In this document: positions 59,877 through 64,000 of the stretch, in pieces | Layout: every line of letters begins with the position of its first letter | Numbering within the stretch: position 1 is the stretch's first letter | Origin: Basidiobolus meristosporus CBS 931.73 | Taxonomy: Eukaryota; Fungi; Basidiobolomycota | Assembly: GCA_002104905.1 (NCBI GenBank) | Contig: MCFE01000328.1 | Coordinates: forward strand, 30,238-94,237 | Direction: 5' to 3' | Length of the DNA stretch: 64,000 nt | Made by a program: the position numbers and the translations under genes | The notes under the pieces: model-generated | The model's input: only the letters and a program-made list of their open reading frames with translations | What the model was told of the DNA's origin: nothing | Databases searched by the model: none

Positions 59877-60405
59877 ATGGTCCCCATACCAAGCCTCAAC
59901 TTGTCTTTAGTACAACCCAGACCAAACCCATCCCCCAGCTCACAAGCACGGTCCGGACCGGAAAAGTTGATGTTGGATCTGTTTGAGTTCTTGCCAAATG
60001 ATTTTAGTATGGCCCAAGTGTCTATGATGAGCCTTCATACAGATATTTGGGCACTACTGATTAATCTAGCAGAACTAGATACCTCAGAGAGTTGACATAG
60101 ATGGAAGAATTTGAGTAGAAAGCTGTGGCATGAGTTCTACATCAAGATGCCAGCTGATGTATGTAAGAAGATATATAACAAGACAAGTATTGAAATCAAG
60201 AATGCGCTGAGAGTGAGGGGATTTGACAAAGAAGCTGCGCAGGAACAATTTTGCGCACAATTTGCACAGTATGGGCTGGACGCGTCTGTTTGCGCCTCAA
60301 CTTTGGGAATCAAAGAGATTTTGAATGAGTTTTGGCCTCAAATGACTAATGTACTATGTGATATATTGGTAGAGCTAAGTGGCTTCCAAGAGCAATATCC
60401 ACCGG
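59877..60405 (+). pseudogene. Partner ORF of the Harbinger-like element; function unknown, weak Myb/SANT-like RWKNL
   Basis: ORFs 59877..60095 and 60111..60410 are in the same frame across one TGA. A homologue sits in the same relative position in copy 3. The 3' end is cut by the LTR. Confidence 0.6.
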
Positions 60406-61476
60406 TGTAGTGGGGTGACAGTGACACCCACTGACAGATGTGCTCATTCACTTATTTTCTACTTCCCTATATACCTACTACACTCATTTTAGTTTTATCC
60501 CATTTGTCTTACCCAATCAGTACTATCCCATAAGCCGGTTGACAATCACACCTGCTTACCTTATTGCATAAGTTACCCCTCACTTTATGTAAGATAACTA
60601 GTTACAAGTGCTTCTATATTAGGCAAGTACCCGCGCCAGTACCCGTGACACATGATTGACCCGTGTCGCCATCCCTACCATTTCCATACCATATATGGTA
60701 TCCCCATGTTACACAGGTTTCAGAATACTGATTCCTGATTGGTTGGATGTGCTGTGCCTCTTAGAACCTTCCAGCACCTACCTAGAACATTCTTAGGTCA
60801 TTCTGATGTCATTAAGATTTCTATTGAACTCCGGAACCTTCTGGAACACCATGATTAGTAATCACTTAGCCAGTGAGAAAAGTATATAAGGGAGGCTATC
60901 CCTCAACAATAAATCATCATCCCCTTTATCAATATACCGACTTGTTGATTAGTGTGATCACTGCTACCTGCTGCTACCTGGACTTCCAACCCCAGACCAC
61001 AGGACACTCCCAGGAAACCGCGCTGACAGCCAACTGACCTTGGAGGCACTACTGGTGAGGAATACTCAGAGTAGGTATCTTTTATTATATTTGATTCTTT
61101 CCCAAGTTTGTTCTTGTACAGTCAAAGATACTTTTCTGTCTTTGTAACTATTGACCACAGCTGCATTCTTATCAAGTCCCTGCTGGTGGAGTTTACAGTT
61201 GTTTTGACTTTGGAAGCTTTAGTACATTGTCATCTCAAAGGACGCTGAACCTAGCACATACTTTTGTTAAGACGCCAACTAAGTTGGGGATTGTAGCTCA
61301 ATAGTTTTCCCTTGACAAGCTTGTGGCTTTATTCCCCTTCACATTAGATTAGAGACAGAACCCAAGTATTCCTAGCAAGCTTTTGCCAGAGGTTATTGCA
61401 CCCAGTGAACACCCCACACACAAAACACTTGAGAAGTGTTGGACGTATCTCTCCCTTGGACCTATACACCACCACA
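60406..61476 (+). repeat. 5' LTR of gypsy B (1071 bp)
   Basis: TGTAGTGG...CCACCACA (7/8 inverted termini); TATATAA at ~60884 and AATAAA at ~60908; followed by the PBS. Confidence 0.85.
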
Positions 61477-61480
61477 TATT

Positions 61481-61497
61481 TGGCACCCAACGTGGGG
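61481..61497 (+). promoter_or_regulatory. PBS TGGCACCCAACGTGGGG, complementary to the tRNA-Lys(CUU) 3' end
   Basis: One mismatch (a CpG-to-CpA change) from TGGCGCCCAACGTGGGG; 4 bp after the LTR CA. Confidence 0.88.
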
Positions 61498-61616
61498 GGT
61501 TCATACAAGCTCCCTAGGACCCAACAAGATTTACCTGAAGATTTGAGCTGTTATCCACCTATTGAAAAGAGACTACCAATATTACCAAGATTACAACACC
61601 AACCTACCTGCCCAAC

Positions 61617-64000
61617 ATGAACTTTATGCCATTACCACTCTCACATGTAGCCCCACAGTTTGATGGAAAGAATGTGGAAAGCTTCATATTCAAATGGGAG
61701 AAGCTCTGCAAGATGTGCAGCCTATCTGAACAAGAAATGGCTGAAGACTTCCCCTACTACTGCACCAATGATATTACCACTAAGCTTCTCAGACAAGGAG
61801 ACATTCTCACTGACTGGGCCTTAATGAAGACCTACCTACAGACCGAGTATGGTAGACCCCAGATATACTATGGAATTGAAGACCTCAGGCACTTTGGAAG
61901 AACTGGACTTTCCAAGCTACCACTTGAAGAGTTCATTCAACAGTATGAAGATATGGCCAAGCCACTCCTAGAGTCCCAGGCTATAACTGAGTTTACCATG
62001 ACACTTTACCTTGCACAAGGGCTTCCCCAGGACTTGGCAAGGAAAGTTGACTTAAATGCAGCCAAGGATGACAAGTCTGGCATTCCTTGCTTTGCAGAGA
62101 TGAAACGTGTTCTCCTAGAGGCAAAGCAAACTTCTACCTTTATGAGACTCCTGACATCTAATCTGCCAGACCAGTCAACCAAGGAGCCAAGGAGTGCTGC
62201 TGCTGACAATCAGACCTACACTACCAACAGAATTGACCAACTTGCTGAACAGCTACAAAGGCTAGCCCTCAAGATTAATGGCTCAGCTGAGGTTGCTACT
62301 GAGGGACAAAGACCTTTGCCCAGGCACTGCATCTGGTGTGACTCTACTCAGCATGCCAGACAAGAATGCTCAGAGCTTAGCCAGCTACTCAGAGAAGGAG
62401 CAGTACAGTTTGATGCTGATGGAATGCTTGCTGACAAGGAAGGAAGAAGGATTCCCACTAATTTCCAAAGAGGAGGGATGAGAGCCCTTTTCCAGAAATC
62501 TGACTCAGCAACCAGAAAGATTACTGTTGATGTCCCTATTGGGACTCATAAAGTGAATCCAAGCAGCCCTGACAACAGACAATATGAAGTTGATGCCTTT
62601 GCTACCAAAAGACACCTCCCTGGAGAACCTGCCAAACCCATCCTTAGAAGACCACAATTTGAAGAACCTGAAGTTGTTATTGACAAGAGGCCTAGTATGC
62701 TGCCCACCCAAAATCCATTGCCTCACTTTCAGATGACCTCAAAGATAGCAAGCTACTCAAGCCCTCAACTGATTACTGAGAAGCTGCTGAAGCAGAACCT
62801 CACTTTGTCGGTTGGAGAAATCATGAGTGTATCCCCATCTGTTAGGAAGACCTTTGATGAGCAGCTTAGAACAAGACGACAAGCTGTTGAACATATGGAC
62901 ACTCATATAATTCAGACAAACCATGAAGACCACCAAAAGGATGACAACACTACTGAATATAAGACCTTCTACTCAGTTGCAACTGCTGTGGTGAAAGGGT
63001 ACATATATGATGACCCTGTTGACTGCCATATTGACAGTGGCTCAGAGATTTGTGTTATGCCGCTAGACTTCTGGAAGACACTTAAAAGCAAGGAGCTACT
63101 GCCTGTTGATAGAGATATTGGATGGAACATGACCGATGCAAACTCAGGATCTAGTCCACTCTATGGTGTAGTACACAAGTTTCCTATTGAGGTACAAGGA
63201 ATCAAGGTCTGGCTTCCCCTCTTCATCTGCCAGAAGGCAAACTTTGACCTTCTGCTAGGTAGACCATGGGAAACCAGTACTAAGGCTACAACTACCAACT
63301 ATTCCGATGGGTCAGTATGGTACACCATACAAGGATCCAATCCAGGACTACAGTCAACCTTCTGTGGTGTAACACCCAACAATAAGAGGACACATACTGC
63401 TTGCCAGAAGGCACATCTTGTTATGGAAGAAGATGAAGAGCCTGACAATATACACCCCAACATTTGGAGCTGCTCATTAGGTATACAGGAGCAAACAGCT
63501 ATGGTTTGAACAAAATACAAGACAGTAGAACAGAAGATTAGACCATCACTTACACCTTTGACTGATGGATCCTGACCTGCTGATTACATTAGACCACCAG
63601 AAGAAACACCAGATGATACACGACTTACACCTGAGAGACTTAAGCAACTTATCATTGGTGATGGAAACCTAACACCAGAGGAGATACTATTATTCAAGGA
63701 GACCTTGAAAAGGCATGATAAGGTCTTCTCATATAATGACAAGGAGATGGGACTCTTAAAGACATCGGTTGAAAAACCTATCAAGATTCATACAGTGCCC
63801 CACACACCCTGGTCATTTAAGCGTTACCCACTGCCCAGAGGACTCCAAGCTGATGTGCATGACCTACTTAAGAAGAAGATAGAAGCTGGTATCCTAGAAA
63901 CCTTGCCATGGACCCTATGCTAACAGATGGTTTGTGACCAAAAAGAAGAATGGAAAGCTCCGATTCATTCAAGACATGCAACCTGCAAATGCTGTCACTA
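61617..64000 (+). pseudogene. gag-pol: Gypsy B gag-protease ORF (630 aa) continuing in frame into pol
   Basis: PQFDGKNVESF gag start, CIWCDSTQHARQEC knuckle, HIDSGSEICVM protease, LLLGRPW. After TGA 63507-09 the frame reads TKYKTVEQKIRP... An extra A near 63899 shifts to PYANRWFVTKKKNGKLRFIQDMQPANAVT (RT start). Confidence 0.9.

Larger units (their letters stand above)
58451..60405. mobile_element. Harbinger-like element copy 2, interrupted by the gypsy B LTR at 60406
   Basis: AAT|AGACTTGTTCCGTTGGATAGTGCC terminus; transposase on minus, second ORF on plus. Confidence 0.88.
60406..64000 (+). mobile_element. Ty3/gypsy family B element, 5' part (runs off the window)
   Basis: 5' LTR, PBS, gag with CCHC, protease, start of RT. 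Confidence 0.92.

Noticed and set aside
61396-61620. 74-aa ORF upstream of gag
   Set aside because: It starts at TTG inside the LTR, spans the PBS and leader, and has no recognisable motif.

Overview
Eukaryotic, most likely fungal, transposon-saturated region. I find no intact host gene, rRNA, tRNA or CRISPR array. The first ~2.1 kb is CpG-rich and carries the 3' half of a proteinase K-like (S8) subtilisin. The remaining ~62 kb is almost CpG-free and is a nest of transposable elements from at least six families. (1) A CACTA/EnSpm (Transposase_21-like) DNA transposon in many fragments; its transposase sits head-to-head with an unrecognised ~650-aa partner ORF carrying ~205-bp internal repeats. 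(2) A Ty1/copia family with ~369-bp LTRs and a half-tRNA-iMet type PBS: one full-length copy with ~99% identical LTRs at 33830-38508, three partial copies and solo/degenerate LTRs. (3) Ty3/gypsy family A with 4-bp TSDs and no chromodomain: two two-LTR copies, a solo LTR and an LTR fragment. (4) Ty3/gypsy family B with a 1071-bp LTR, tRNA-Lys PBS and gag and pol in one frame, running off the right edge. (5) A PIF/Harbinger-like (DDE_Tnp_4) family with TIR AGACTTGTTCC and AAT/ATT target: three transposase copies, a divergent partner ORF, two 211-bp MITEs and a 732-bp fold-back palindrome. (6) An orphan 374-bp solo LTR. TSDs resolve much of the nesting order. All alignments and counts were done by eye, and family names come from motif recognition rather than database searches.
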